Below are positions 10,475 to 20,819 of a stretch of 64,000 nt of DNA, piece by piece; position 1 is the first letter of the stretch; every line of letters begins with the position of its first letter. The stretch is from Thermoplasmatota archaeon. GTDB lineage: Archaea; Thermoplasmatota; Penumbrarchaeia; Penumbrarchaeales; Penumbrarchaeaceae. The notes under the pieces are model-generated. The model ran no database searches, was not told the DNA's origin, and worked only from the letters and a program-made list of their open reading frames with translations. Made by a program: the position numbers and the translations under genes. The stretch spans positions 43,308 through 107,307 of the forward strand of contig JBLIRH010000001.1 of assembly GCA_049472215.1 (NCBI GenBank). The letters are read 5' to 3'.

Positions 10475-11195
10475 GCCCGGGAGCGGATGCAGAATGGCCG
10501 TTGTCCTTGACGATCCTGCCGTCGACCATTCTGATCTGCCTCGAGGCTACTGCTCCTACCTTCTGGTCATGCGTGACGATGACGAAGGTCTGACCGTTCT
10601 CCCGGTTCAACCTGAGGAGAAGGTCCATTATGTCCTCTGTCGTCTTCCTGTCAAGGTCTCCCGTGGGTTCGTCCGCGAAGACGATAGCAGGGTCGTTAAC
10701 AAGGGCCCTTGCGATGGTCACCCTCTGCCTCTGGCCGCCTGATAGCTGAGCCGGCATGTGACCCTCCCAGGCCCCCAATCCGACCTGTTCCAGGACCTTT
10801 CTCGCTTTCTTCCGGGCCTCTCTGGGCCTTACACCTGAGAGGAGAAGGGGAAGCTCCACGTTCTCCACCGCCGTCAATACCGGCAGCAGGTTGTAGAACT
10901 GGAACACGAATCCCATTCTCCTTGCCCGGTGCTTGGTCTTCCGATCATCGCTGAGCCTGGCGATGTCCATGCCCTCGATGAGAACCTCTCCGCCTGTTAT
11001 GCTGTCAAGCCCGGAGAGGCAGTTGAGAAGGGTGGTCTTCCCGCAGCCCGAAGGCCCCATGATGGAGACCATCTCTCCCTTCTTGATCACAAGGTCGACG
11101 CCCCGCAGGGCTTCGACCTTCACCGTTCCCGTTTCGTACGTCTTTGCGACGTTCCTTGCAACTATCATCTCATTTCCGTTCAAATTCGTCTTCAT
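10455..11195 (-). CDS. ABC transporter ATP-binding protein (MacB/LolD-like)
   Basis: Walker [11 protein letters not shown]-loop, LSGGQRQRV signature, Walker [13 protein letters not shown] and an H-loop. True start is [10 protein letters not shown] (ATG at 11195), preceded by a GGAGGGAGGATGG ribosome-binding site. The track ORF (to 11507) is an upstream over-extension. Confidence 0.85.
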   Translation of the reverse strand: MKTNLNGNEMIVARNVAKTYETGTVKVEALRGVDLVIKKGEMVSIMGPSGCGKTTLLNCLSGLDSITGGEVLIEGMDIARLSDDRKTKHRARRMGFVFQFYNLLPVLTAVENVELPLLLSGVRPREARKKARKVLEQVGLGAWEGHMPAQLSGGQRQRVTIARALVNDPAIVFADEPTGDLDRKTTEDIMDLLLRLNRENGQTFVIVTHDQKVGAVASRQIRMVDGRIVKDNGHSASAPGRELAAA

Positions 11196-11221
11196 CCATC
11201 CTCCCTCCTCAACAGTTATCT

Positions 11222-13618
11222 TTACTGGTACCTCAGAGCGTCCCCCGGCCTGAACCTCGCCGCCCTGTGCAGCGGGAACTGAATTATCAGCAGAGTCAGG
11301 ACCACTGTCACTCCCAGCGCGACCATCACGAAGGTCACCGGGAAGAGAACGTCCATCTCGAGGTTCAGGATGTTGAACATGATCCAGTTCAGGAACTGGG
11401 TCACACCGTAACCGAGCGGTATTCCGATCAATCCGCCCATCAGTGCAAGGGTGACACCTTCGGTCCCGAACATCCTGCGAATATGCGAGGACCTGGAGCC
11501 CAGGCACCTCATCATTCCTATCTCCCTCGTTCTCTCCAGTATATTCATTGTAAGCGTGGACATCAGGCCGATCATGGTGATCAGGACGATGATGGTCCCT
11601 ACCGCGATCATGAGGTTCACGACCTGGTTGTTGGCCCTGATGTTGTTCTCCTTCATCACGTAGAGGATGTTGATGGCGACAACATATCCTCTGGCCATGA
11701 GGTCGTCCTCGATCTCGTTGGCAGCCTTGTCGATCAGGTCATGGTCCTTGCTCTCCATGACGATGGAGAAACCCGATACTATATCGTCGATCTTCAGGAT
11801 GTCCTGGACAGTATCTATCGGCAGATACCCGACCATACCGTTCATCATCTGGCCCGAGTTGATCCCTACCACCTTGAAGTCCATGCTTCCGGCGGCAGTA
11901 TCTATGTATACAACGTCTCCCAGAGAGATGCTCTCGGCCCTGGAGATGGCTTTCCCTACAACGATCACCCGTTCTCTAGATGCCTGCTCCTCCTCCGTGA
12001 ACCAGCGCCCTTTCCACATCGTTCCTTCAACATTGAAAGTGGGGATGTCGTGCTCGTATCCGAACATATAGATCTCACTCTCTCCAAGGTTTCCGACGCT
12101 AATGACGAACGGATCCGCCTTTTCAACTCCGTCGATGCTCTCGATATTGTAGGCGACCCCTTCAGTGAGAGGCTTGGCTCCTTCCATCTGGCCCTCGGCC
12201 AGGATATCGTATGTGAAATAGTCATACTCCCGTTCGACAGCGACCGCAAGGGAATGCCCCGTTGCAACTATTCCGAGGAACATGGAAACGGCCAGTGCCA
12301 CCTGGAGCATCGTCGATATTGACCTGCCCTTCTTTCTGGCACCGTTGCGGAGCCCCATCTGGGCGGTCCTTGGAAGCCATTTCGACCTCAGGAGAACCTT
12401 GTCGATGAGGGAGCCGCCGTAGTTCGCACTTATCCCCGCATCCTGGAGCCCCTCCCTGGTATTCATCTTGAGGGCGCCCCACAACGAAGGAACCGTGGCG
12501 ATGAGAGTTATTCCGATACCTACGACCACGGACATCACGATGGTGGGTAAGTAGACCGAGAACCCTGGCACGAGTCCGTAGAAGCTCGTTCCAAGGAACC
12601 AGACCATGCCGTATGCGACCCAGATGCCAAGGAAGGCTCCGATCGTCGAACCGATCGTTCCCATGATGAAGGATGTCGTAAGGTAGGATCTCGCAACCTG
12701 CTGTCTGGTCGCACCCACCGCCTTCATCTGGGCGATCTCCTTCTTCTGCTCGCTTATTATGGTGTGCATGGTGTTGGATATGAGGAAGATAGAGCAGAAC
12801 AGGGTCATGAAGGTCAGGACATAGAAGAAGGAGCCCATGTTAGCAAAATGCTCCTGACCGGGCCAGTTCCCGTCCGTCCTCGTCTCGGGCATGTCGGTGA
12901 AGGCCACGAAGCCAGTGTTCTCCTCCAGATATGTCTTGATATCCTGGACAGCTTGGTCCACTTTTCCCGATGAAGCATCGACCAGGTCCACCGATAGCGA
13001 GTTGTATCCAGTCGTGTTGGACAATGTTCTGACCGTTCCGATATCCGCGAAGAACACCGCGATCCCGTAGGTCGAGTGATCATAGGTCAGTGTGCGGCCC
13101 TTTCCGGAGATGTAGAGATCGACCACGGATCCATCCACATCGATGACCCTTAGTTCATCTCCCGTACCTGCCTTGAGAAGGTCGTTCCGGGAGTTCCCGG
13201 AATCTGTGAGGACCTCCATGTGATCAGGATACGAGCCGGTTTCGAGGGAGACCTTATCGACCTTCATGTTGTTGAAATCCGTCATCCCGATGAACAGAGC
13301 GTCGTTTCTCCGCTCGCCTATGTATATCCTTGTGAAGAATATGAGCTTGGGCTCGACGCTCTCCACGTTGTCCAATGACTCGAGGCCCTGTATGTCCTCT
13401 TCATCGAGATCGACGTTCTGCATGCCTGCCCTTACGTTCCACATATTCGTCTCGTCGATATCATGGAACATCGCATCGTCGAACAGGGGGACCACCGCGA
13501 ACATGCCGAGGGCGGCTACCCCGAGTGCTATGGTAAGGATGGTGAATATCGTTCTCGATTTCCTCTTCTTGAGGTCTCCAAAGGATTTCTTGAGAAGCGT
13601 TGGTTTCATTCGCATCAC
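11222..13618 (-). CDS. ABC transporter permease, MacB/FtsX-like with duplicated FtsX modules (paralogue of 7430-10474)
   Basis: 798 aa with an N-terminal TM, large extracytoplasmic domains and FtsX-type TM bundles. GTG start overlaps the stop of the upstream small ORF. Confidence 0.75.
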   Translation of the reverse strand: MMRMKPTLLKKSFGDLKKRKSRTIFTILTIALGVAALGMFAVVPLFDDAMFHDIDETNMWNVRAGMQNVDLDEEDIQGLESLDNVESVEPKLIFFTRIYIGERRNDALFIGMTDFNNMKVDKVSLETGSYPDHMEVLTDSGNSRNDLLKAGTGDELRVIDVDGSVVDLYISGKGRTLTYDHSTYGIAVFFADIGTVRTLSNTTGYNSLSVDLVDASSGKVDQAVQDIKTYLEENTGFVAFTDMPETRTDGNWPGQEHFANMGSFFYVLTFMTLFCSIFLISNTMHTIISEQKKEIAQMKAVGATRQQVARSYLTTSFIMGTIGSTIGAFLGIWVAYGMVWFLGTSFYGLVPGFSVYLPTIVMSVVVGIGITLIATVPSLWGALKMNTREGLQDAGISANYGGSLIDKVLLRSKWLPRTAQMGLRNGARKKGRSISTMLQVALAVSMFLGIVATGHSLAVAVEREYDYFTYDILAEGQMEGAKPLTEGVAYNIESIDGVEKADPFVISVGNLGESEIYMFGYEHDIPTFNVEGTMWKGRWFTEEEQASRERVIVVGKAISRAESISLGDVVYIDTAAGSMDFKVVGINSGQMMNGMVGYLPIDTVQDILKIDDIVSGFSIVMESKDHDLIDKAANEIEDDLMARGYVVAINILYVMKENNIRANNQVVNLMIAVGTIIVLITMIGLMSTLTMNILERTREIGMMRCLGSRSSHIRRMFGTEGVTLALMGGLIGIPLGYGVTQFLNWIMFNILNLEMDVLFPVTFVMVALGVTVVLTLLIIQFPLHRAARFRPGDALRYQ

Positions 13619-13749
13619 TCCGTCAGGAGGAGCTGGCCGGTCCAGCTCCCGTTCAGAAGCTCCTGAACGAAGAAGGTGGTCGAGAAAACTGCCAGGAAAG
13701 AGAGATATGCAAGCAGCATACCGATGGAATACGCCCTTCTCCCGGTCAT
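13616..13749 (-). CDS. Small predicted membrane protein (44 aa) between ATPase and permease genes
   Basis: Own translation: [44 protein letters not shown]. One hydrophobic helix. Its stop TGA overlaps the GTG start of the permease (GTGA). Shorter than the 60-aa ORF-track cut-off. Confidence 0.3.
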
Positions 13750-13762
13750 CCCGAACACCCCT

Positions 13763-14440
13763 TCAGGCAGCTGCGGCTACCCTCCCGTCGAGGATGGTGA
13801 TCTTTCTCAGCGCTCTCTGGGCAAGCTCCTTGGAGTGTGTCACGAAGATGATGGTCTTCCCTTCCCGGTTCAACCTCCGCAGGAGCTCGAACATCCTGTC
13901 GGCGGTCTTCGAGTCGAGGTTGCCCGTGGGTTCGTCCCCGATTATTATCTCCGGATCATTGGCAAGAGCCCTTGCGATGGCGACCCTCTGCTGCTCTCCT
14001 CCGGAAAGTTCCGATGGAAGATGATGGAGCTTGTCACCGAGCCCGACCAGTTCTAGGTTCTTCCTGGCGATCCTCTCCCGCTCCCTGATCGATCTTCCGT
14101 TGGAGAAATCCATCGGAAGCATCGCGTTTTCGAGGGCAGTGAGGGTGGGGAAGAGCTGGAAGAACTGGAAGATGATGCCGATGTTCTTGCCTCTCCATCT
14201 TGCTAGCTTGTCCTCGGACATGGTGTCGATCCTGACACCATTGATCACGACCGAGCCCTTGGTGGGGCGGTCAATGCCCGTGATCATGTTCAGTATCGTC
14301 GACTTTCCGGACCCGGACGGGCCGACGATCGCAGTCAACTCTCCCTTCTCGATCATGAGGTCCACATCCTTCAGGGCCTGGAATTCAAGCTTGCCGGTCT
14401 TGTAGACCTTATCAAGGGATTCGATCTCGATCAATGCCAT
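13763..14440 (-). CDS. ABC transporter ATP-binding protein (MacB/LolD-like), first gene of the operon
   Basis: Walker A GPSGSGKST, LSGGEQQRVAIARAL signature, Walker B IIIGDEPTGNLD. Confidence 0.85.
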   Translation of the reverse strand: MALIEIESLDKVYKTGKLEFQALKDVDLMIEKGELTAIVGPSGSGKSTILNMITGIDRPTKGSVVINGVRIDTMSEDKLARWRGKNIGIIFQFFQLFPTLTALENAMLPMDFSNGRSIRERERIARKNLELVGLGDKLHHLPSELSGGEQQRVAIARALANDPEIIIGDEPTGNLDSKTADRMFELLRRLNREGKTIIFVTHSKELAQRALRKITILDGRVAAAA

Positions 14441-14519
14441 TTCTTATCACCTGCCTTTGATGATGTCCGCGCTATTGTTCGCCCCACAGTATTGTTAGGC
14501 GCCCAATATTGTAGACCTT

Positions 14520-14560
14520 ACACTAGTGTGTAGTGCACAATACTATATATATTTTTTTGA
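14520..14560. promoter_or_regulatory. Bidirectional promoter core: palindromes ACACTAGTGT and GTGCAC next to TATATATAT, flanked by AGACCTT direct repeats
   Basis: Read directly in the 250-bp divergent intergenic region between the ABC operon (-) and the REC-PPDK_N gene (+). Confidence 0.35.
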
Positions 14561-14689
14561 AGACCTTTGAAAAAACAATTTTTCACGGCTCCCGGGATAT
14601 ATTCATATGTGTTCTAGAACGAGGATCTCCGTGCCGGGCCCCTCCCGGTCATGGGAAGGATTTAAAGTCATCGAACAGTACTTATCCGC

Positions 14690-17665
14690 ATGGTCAACAG
14701 CAACGGGGGCATCCTGTCGGATGATATCGACTACGATGCCGACTACCGCCCCGGGGTTCATGATTTCTATGACCTCATGAAGAGGAGGATATCGAAGATC
14801 CTTCTTGTTTCAAGCCTTTATGACGCCTTCACCCTCGAGGAGGACGGACTGATATTCGAACAGATATCCGAGGAGTACAAGGAACTCGCGCTGCCTTTCC
14901 CCCCCCAGGTCATAAGGGTGTCCTCAGGTCAGGATGCGCTCGAGGAGCTGAGGAACAACCGCTACGATATGATCATCACCATGGCACGCATCTCCGACAT
15001 GGACCCCGACGAGTTCGGGAAGAGGGCCAAGGAGATCAGACCAGGCATACCAGTCATTCTCCTGCTGACAGATGCCGGAGACCTTCAATTGTATCGGATC
15101 GGAAGGACCCCCGTGGGATATGACTACATATTCTTCTGGGGTGGCGATTCCACCCTGCTGATGGCCATGACCAAGTTCATCGAGGACGCCCAGAACGTGG
15201 ATTCGGACATCAGAACGGGACGGGTCAGGATAATACTCATTGTCGAGAACAATCCCAGGTTCTATTCCTTCTTCCTCCCTCTTATATACACCGAGATAAT
15301 GACCCAGACGCTGTCCCTGCTGACCGAAGGGATCAACGAGCACGAGAAGATGCTCAGAAAGAGGGCAAGACCGAAGATACTCCTGGCGAGGAACTACGAG
15401 GAGGCCAAGGAGGTTCTCGGAAAGTATTCCAAATACATCCTCGGCGTCATATCGGACATATCCTATCCCATGGGTGGAGAGGAGGAGCAGGAGGCCGGCT
15501 TCCAGCTTGCCCACGAGGTCATGGAAGACCTTCCCGTACTGCTCCAGTCAAGCAAACCGGAACACAGGGACAAGGCCCGGATGATGGGCCTGCCTTTTAT
15601 CGACAAGAACTCGGAGACCATCATCGAGGAGCTTAAGGACTTCTTCAATAACAACATGGGTTTCGGGGCGTTCACCTTCAGAATGCCGGACGGGACGGAG
15701 GTCGCGAAGGCATACAACATGAAGGACCTGACAAGACTTCTGAAGGAGGTCCCTGCCGCATCGATCAACCTGGCCGGCAGGGCGAACAAGTTCTCACAGT
15801 GGCTGGTGGCAAGGCAGGAGATAGAGCTTGCAAAGAAGCTCAAGCCGAAGAAGGTGTCCGATTTCAGAAGCGATGAGGACATCCGCGACCACCTGCTCAG
15901 GGAGATCAAGGAATCCCAGCGGATCAAGCAGCTGGGTATGATAATCGACTTCGACAAGCAGCGCTTCGAGTTCGAGGGGTCTTTCACAAGGCTGGGTACT
16001 GGCTCCCTTGGGGGAAAGGGGCGGGGGATCGCTTTCCTGTCCTCCCTGCTCCATCAGAGCGGCATCGGAAAGAAGGTGAAAGGCTGTCCGCTCCTAATTC
16101 CGGATACAATGGCGATAGGCACCGATGTCTTCGATCATTTCGTTCACGACAACGAGATCCACGAGAGATTGAAGGAGGACCTGACGGATGACGAGATCAA
16201 GGAGATATTTCTCTCCTACGAACTCCCGAGGGATATCGTGGAATCACTGAAGACCTACCTCGACCATATCAAGGTCCCGATCGCTGTGAGATCATCCTCC
16301 CTTCTCGAGGATTCCCAGAACCAGCCCTTTGCGGGCATATATTCCACATACATGCTGCCTAACAGCTGCGGAAAGGGGGAAGAAAGACTTAAGCAGCTTT
16401 GCCAGGCGATAAAACTCGTGTATGCCTCGACCTTCTTCAGGTCCGCGAGGGCATACATACAGACCACCGTTCACATTCCCGAAGAGGAAAAGATGGCGGT
16501 CGTCATTCAGAAACTGGTGGGCAGAAAGCATGGTGATAGGTTCTATCCGGATTTCTCCGGTGTGGCCCAATCGCATAACTTCTATCCAATGGGACCTTTG
16601 AAGAGGGACGAAGGTATCGTCAGCATCGCTCTCGGCCTTGGCAGGATAGTCGTCGAGGGCGGTAAGGTCCTCAGTTTCTCTCCGGAGCATCCGAAGGTGG
16701 TTCCTGGTTTCTCGTCACCGGCCGAGGTTCTCAATAATTCACAGACCTACTTCTACTCCCTGGACCTTGGTCATGAGGCCTGCTATGACCTGAGGAAGGG
16801 GGAGGATGTGACCCTCGTATCCCTTCCGGTGCAGGAAGCCCTGGAGGATGGGACCCTCGACATGATCGCCAGCACCTATGTCGTGAACGATAACCGCCTG
16901 AGGGATGGCGTGGGACATCACGGACCCAAGATGATCACGTTCGCCGGAGTTCTGAAATACGAACAACTGCCCCTTGTCGATATCATAAAAACGATACTGG
17001 AGATGGGCCAGAAGGGAATGGGACGCCCCGTCGAGGTCGAGTTCGCCGGGACCGTGGATGATAAGGGTATCGCCAGGTTCAACATCGTTCAGATCAGGCC
17101 GCTCGTGACGTTGAAGGAACGAAGACAGGTAATGATATCGGACCATGAGAAGGCAAGTGCCGTTATATTTACCGATAAAGCACTGGGGAACGGGATCATC
17201 CAGAACATTCATGATATCGTCTACGTCGATCCCGATAGTTTCGATAAGACGATGACCATCGAGATCGCAGAGCTCATAGGTCAGGCCAATTCCATGATGG
17301 AGGGGAGGCCGTATATCCTGATCGGACCCGGGAGGTGGGGGACCCAGGACAGGTTCCTGGGAATCCCGGTGACCTGGGAACAGATCTCGGGGGCCAGGGT
17401 GATCGTGGAGGCATCCATTCCGGATTTCAACATCGATCCCTCCCATGGGACCCATTTCTTCCACAACATCACATCCCTTGGCCTTCCCTATTTCACGGTA
17501 TCGCACAGGGATCGCATCAATGTACTGGATTGGGATTGGTTCAGGGCCCAGACATCCGTCGACCTCATGGGATTTGTGAAGGTCCTGAGATCGAAGACTC
17601 CCCTGACAGTTAAGGTGGATGGCAGGAAGGGGGTCGGCATCGTTTTCCGGGAAGAGGATCTTTAG
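14690..17665 (+). CDS. Fusion protein: two receiver-like (CheY-like) domains + PEP synthase/PPDK N-terminal ATP-grasp (PEP/pyruvate-binding) domain; lacks phosphohistidine and PEP-utilising C-terminal domains
   Basis: N-terminal ~430 aa holds two REC-like segments (KILLVSS...DMIITMARISDMDP; RIILIVENNPRF... / YILGVISDISYPMG). The C-terminal ~560 aa has PPDK_N hallmarks (LGTGSLGGKGRGIAFL; IAVRSSSLLEDSQNQPFAGIYSTYM). Confidence 0.65.
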   Translation: MVNSNGGILSDDIDYDADYRPGVHDFYDLMKRRISKILLVSSLYDAFTLEEDGLIFEQISEEYKELALPFPPQVIRVSSGQDALEELRNNRYDMIITMARISDMDPDEFGKRAKEIRPGIPVILLLTDAGDLQLYRIGRTPVGYDYIFFWGGDSTLLMAMTKFIEDAQNVDSDIRTGRVRIILIVENNPRFYSFFLPLIYTEIMTQTLSLLTEGINEHEKMLRKRARPKILLARNYEEAKEVLGKYSKYILGVISDISYPMGGEEEQEAGFQLAHEVMEDLPVLLQSSKPEHRDKARMMGLPFIDKNSETIIEELKDFFNNNMGFGAFTFRMPDGTEVAKAYNMKDLTRLLKEVPAASINLAGRANKFSQWLVARQEIELAKKLKPKKVSDFRSDEDIRDHLLREIKESQRIKQLGMIIDFDKQRFEFEGSFTRLGTGSLGGKGRGIAFLSSLLHQSGIGKKVKGCPLLIPDTMAIGTDVFDHFVHDNEIHERLKEDLTDDEIKEIFLSYELPRDIVESLKTYLDHIKVPIAVRSSSLLEDSQNQPFAGIYSTYMLPNSCGKGEERLKQLCQAIKLVYASTFFRSARAYIQTTVHIPEEEKMAVVIQKLVGRKHGDRFYPDFSGVAQSHNFYPMGPLKRDEGIVSIALGLGRIVVEGGKVLSFSPEHPKVVPGFSSPAEVLNNSQTYFYSLDLGHEACYDLRKGEDVTLVSLPVQEALEDGTLDMIASTYVVNDNRLRDGVGHHGPKMITFAGVLKYEQLPLVDIIKTILEMGQKGMGRPVEVEFAGTVDDKGIARFNIVQIRPLVTLKERRQVMISDHEKASAVIFTDKALGNGIIQNIHDIVYVDPDSFDKTMTIEIAELIGQANSMMEGRPYILIGPGRWGTQDRFLGIPVTWEQISGARVIVEASIPDFNIDPSHGTHFFHNITSLGLPYFTVSHRDRINVLDWDWFRAQTSVDLMGFVKVLRSKTPLTVKVDGRKGVGIVFREEDL

Positions 17666-17670
17666 GGATA

Positions 17671-18144
17671 TCAGGCAGTGATACGATCGATGATCATCTC
17701 GTAGGCCTGGCCAAGGCTTTTTTGCAGCTGGGAATAGTTCTCGTGTGCCCCGGCCCTCTTGAAATGGTCCGTCAGGAAATCCAGCGACTCGAAATTCTCT
17801 ATGAAAAGCATTCTGGTGACCTTGGTGCACGAAGGATCCGGATTATCCAGACACGGCATTTCCAGATCTGAAAAGAAGGAATCCCTAGGGACCCTCTTTT
17901 TATCAATGGACATTTCCTCGATGCTGAACCCAAGTTCGCTGCAATCGGGGCAGGTGAACAGGAGGTTGTCCTTCCAGACCCACGTCTGGTAGGGTTTGCT
18001 GCATTTGGGGCAAGATATGTCCGGACATACTATTGCAAGGTCCGTACAACTTCTTCTTGTCATGGGGATCGACCTTTTCGATACCTCATGGAAACTTAAG
18101 GGATATGATATCTGTTCCTGAATTGTTAGGCACATTCGCTCCAC
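17671..18144 (-). CDS. Hypothetical zinc-ribbon protein
   Basis: CPDISCPKCSKP...FTCPDCSELG gives a CxxC...CxxC ribbon. Likely start at the internal MTRRSC. No recognisable enzymatic motif. Confidence 0.4.
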   Translation of the reverse strand: MERMCLTIQEQISYPLSFHEVSKRSIPMTRRSCTDLAIVCPDISCPKCSKPYQTWVWKDNLLFTCPDCSELGFSIEEMSIDKKRVPRDSFFSDLEMPCLDNPDPSCTKVTRMLFIENFESLDFLTDHFKRAGAHENYSQLQKSLGQAYEMIIDRITA

Positions 18145-18186
18145 TCCCCGAAATCCTATTTATATGTCCAAGTCAGGTGAAGGCCC

Positions 18187-20496
18187 GTGGATCCCGGGTC
18201 CCAGGAATACTTCGAGCACCCGCTGGTCCGAAAAGGGACCATATTCAGGAGGGAGTACCAGGTCAAGATAGCAACCCGTGCCCTCGGGCAGCCAACACTT
18301 GTGGTTCTGCCAACGGGACTCGGGAAAACGATCGTCGCTCTGATACTCATCGCAGAAAGATTGGCCCGTGAAGGCGGGCCTGTTCTGATGCTGGCTCCCA
18401 CGAAGCCCCTCGTGGAACAGCACAGGCAGTTCCTCGAGGACCACCTGGAGGGCGTTCCGGTGGCAATGCTGACCGGCGAGGTGCCCCCCTCGAAACGGAA
18501 GGAGTCCTACGGCGGCCACCAGGTCATGGTCTCCACGCCACAGGTGATCAAGAACGATATTATATCAGGTGAACTGGACATATCCCTTTACAAGACCCTT
18601 GTTTTCGATGAAGCCCACAGGGCTGTTGGAGATTATCCCTATGTTTTCATAGCGGAGATGTTCCTGCAGAAGCATCCTTTGGGCACGAGCATGGGTCTCA
18701 CCGCATCCCCTGGACATGATGTGTCCAGGATCTACGAGGTCTGCAAGAACCTCGGTATAGAGAACATCGAGGTCAGGGTCGACTCGGATCCCGATGTCAA
18801 ACCCTATATTCAGGAGATGGAGGTCCAGAGGGTCAAGGTGGAGGTCTCCCAGGGAATGAGGGCCCTCATTTCCATCCTCGACAGGATGTTCATGGACCGT
18901 GCCAGCAGACTGCAGAGGATGGGAGTGATGAGAAAGGGAGCGGTCCCTTCGGTCAAGGAGCTCCTTGGAGCGGGAAGCCGGATCAGGGAGAATATCTCAA
19001 GAGGTGGGTCCGAAAGCGGTCCACTCTATCAGGCGATGTCCATCCAGGCCCAGGCGATGAAGATCGCCCATGCGCTGGAACTTGCCGAGACCCAGGGAGC
19101 AGAAGCGCTGTATCAATATCTCGACCGTCTTTTGAAGGAGACATCGAACGCGAACTGTTCGAAGGCCACAAAGAGCGTGGTTTCCGATGGTCTTTTTAAA
19201 GCTGCGCTGAACAAGGCAGCAGCCCTGAGATTGGAAAGTCCACCCAAGGTCGATGCACTGGAGAGGTTCGTGAAGCAGAAGCTGAGGGAGGACCCGGATG
19301 CCCGGATAATAGCCTTCACCCATTATCGGGACACGGCATCCCTGGTCCTTGAAAGGCTCGAGCAGTACTCCGGTATCGGCATCAGACCGATAAGGTTCGT
19401 GGGACAGGCGAGCCGGGGAGAGGATCAGGGTCTGACGCAGAAGAAGCAGAGGGAGCTCCTTGACGGCTTCAGGAACGGTGACCACAACGTACTTATTGCG
19501 ACCTCCGTCGCCGAGGAAGGACTCGATATTCCCGGGGCTGACCTGGTGATCTTCTACGAGCCGATACCTTCCGAGATCCGGACCATTCAGAGAAGGGGCA
19601 GGACGGGAAGGCATTCCGCCGGGAAGGTGGTGGTCCTCATATCCCGGGAAACGAGGGATGTCGCCTACTCTTTCTCGGCAAGGGACAAGGAGCTCAGGAT
19701 GGAGCGTCAGCTCCTTTCATTGAGAAGGATGCTGAAGACGAAACCTCTTCAGAGAAAAGGATCGTCCGTTGAAGCACCGACCTCAACGATCCCTGCCTCG
19801 ACATCCACTTTGGATGCTTTTTCGGACGAGGCGGTGAAGGTTTCCGAGGGAGAAGGCCTGATCATCGAAGCGGATCAGAGGGAAATGCCCTCGTCCGTTG
19901 TCGAGGAGCTTATACGGGGAGGATTCAAGGTGAGACCTCTTCCTCTAGGTGAAGGGGACTACAGGGTATCGGACAGGGTTGTTGTGGAGAGGAAGACCGC
20001 GCAAGACCTTTCCGACTCGCTTGTTGATGGAAGACTCTTCGAACAGGTGACCCGCCTCAGGGAGAACTTCGACAGACCTCTCATAGTCGTGGAAGGCGAC
20101 GATCCCTTCAACAGGAGGAACATAAAGAAGAATGCGCTTTACGGAGCCCTTGCATCGATCACTGTCGATTACAATGTACCAGTCATTTTCACCACCGGGC
20201 CGGAGCAGACCGCTGAATTTCTCATGGTACTTGCAAGAAGGGAGTCGAAGGAAGGGAAGCGTCCCTCTCCAGCGGCCAGATCCAAGAGAAACGGGACGCA
20301 GGATGCACAGGTCCGTGTCCTGTCCGGGATCCCCGGTATCTCCACAATGCTCGCGGGCAGGCTGATATCACATTTCGGGTCCCTCGAGAAGGTGTTCAAT
20401 GCCGATATGGATGAACTGGTCCAGGTTGAAGGGATTGGAAAAAGAAAAGCGAAGGAGATCCGCTCGCTGCTGTCCCAGGATCGAAGCGACAAATAA
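18187..20496 (+). CDS. hef: Hef: archaeal helicase-associated endonuclease for fork-structured DNA (SF2 helicase + ERCC4/XPF nuclease + HhH2)
   Basis: Helicase motif I LPTGLGKT, a DEAH box, motif VI QRRGRTGR. ERCC4 nuclease VVERKTAQDL...IVVEG. C-terminal tandem helix-hairpin-helix GIPGIS...VEGIGKRKA. Confidence 0.85.
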   Translation: MDPGSQEYFEHPLVRKGTIFRREYQVKIATRALGQPTLVVLPTGLGKTIVALILIAERLAREGGPVLMLAPTKPLVEQHRQFLEDHLEGVPVAMLTGEVPPSKRKESYGGHQVMVSTPQVIKNDIISGELDISLYKTLVFDEAHRAVGDYPYVFIAEMFLQKHPLGTSMGLTASPGHDVSRIYEVCKNLGIENIEVRVDSDPDVKPYIQEMEVQRVKVEVSQGMRALISILDRMFMDRASRLQRMGVMRKGAVPSVKELLGAGSRIRENISRGGSESGPLYQAMSIQAQAMKIAHALELAETQGAEALYQYLDRLLKETSNANCSKATKSVVSDGLFKAALNKAAALRLESPPKVDALERFVKQKLREDPDARIIAFTHYRDTASLVLERLEQYSGIGIRPIRFVGQASRGEDQGLTQKKQRELLDGFRNGDHNVLIATSVAEEGLDIPGADLVIFYEPIPSEIRTIQRRGRTGRHSAGKVVVLISRETRDVAYSFSARDKELRMERQLLSLRRMLKTKPLQRKGSSVEAPTSTIPASTSTLDAFSDEAVKVSEGEGLIIEADQREMPSSVVEELIRGGFKVRPLPLGEGDYRVSDRVVVERKTAQDLSDSLVDGRLFEQVTRLRENFDRPLIVVEGDDPFNRRNIKKNALYGALASITVDYNVPVIFTTGPEQTAEFLMVLARRESKEGKRPSPAARSKRNGTQDAQVRVLSGIPGISTMLAGRLISHFGSLEKVFNADMDELVQVEGIGKRKAKEIRSLLSQDRSDK

Positions 20497-20555
20497 GAAA
20501 TGGCTCAGCCTATTCGATAGCTTGAAAGGTGCCGGTCCTGAGGGTCGGGCAGGGA

Positions 20556-20819
20556 TCATTCTTCTGTTTCTTCGTGCTCGACGACCTCGTAGTCAGGGTT
20601 GGTGACATTGAGGTCCTTCCTGTCCCACATCGGTGTACCGGACTTCTCCCAGTGAGGTTTCTGTGTGTTGTCGAAGAGCTTGTCGGGCGTCTTCTCCTTG
20701 ACCTCCCCCGGTGCTACCATGAAGGATACAACCTCATCGGTCCCGAAGGTCATGTCCCTTTCAGGCTCCTTTTTCACGGGCTTAGGAGCTATCATGAATG
20801 GATTTTCGTCTTCTGGCAT
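20556..20819 (-). CDS. Hypothetical acidic protein
   Basis: ORF only; no motif recognised. Confidence 0.3.
   Translation of the reverse strand: MPEDENPFMIAPKPVKKEPERDMTFGTDEVVSFMVAPGEVKEKTPDKLFDNTQKPHWEKSGTPMWDRKDLNVTNPDYEVVEHEETEE

Noticed and set aside
10455-11507. 350-aa version of the ABC ATPase
   Set aside because: First 104 codons are an upstream extension into the preceding gene's 3' region. An internal ATG with a strong GGAGG site at 11195 gives a canonical 247-aa NBD.
11144-12322. 392-aa + strand ORF
   Set aside because: Antisense to the second ABC permease. Arg/His/Gln-rich with no motifs.
16739-17830. 363-aa minus-strand ORF
   Set aside because: Lies entirely antisense within the REC-PPDK_N gene. 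Composition-driven ORF.
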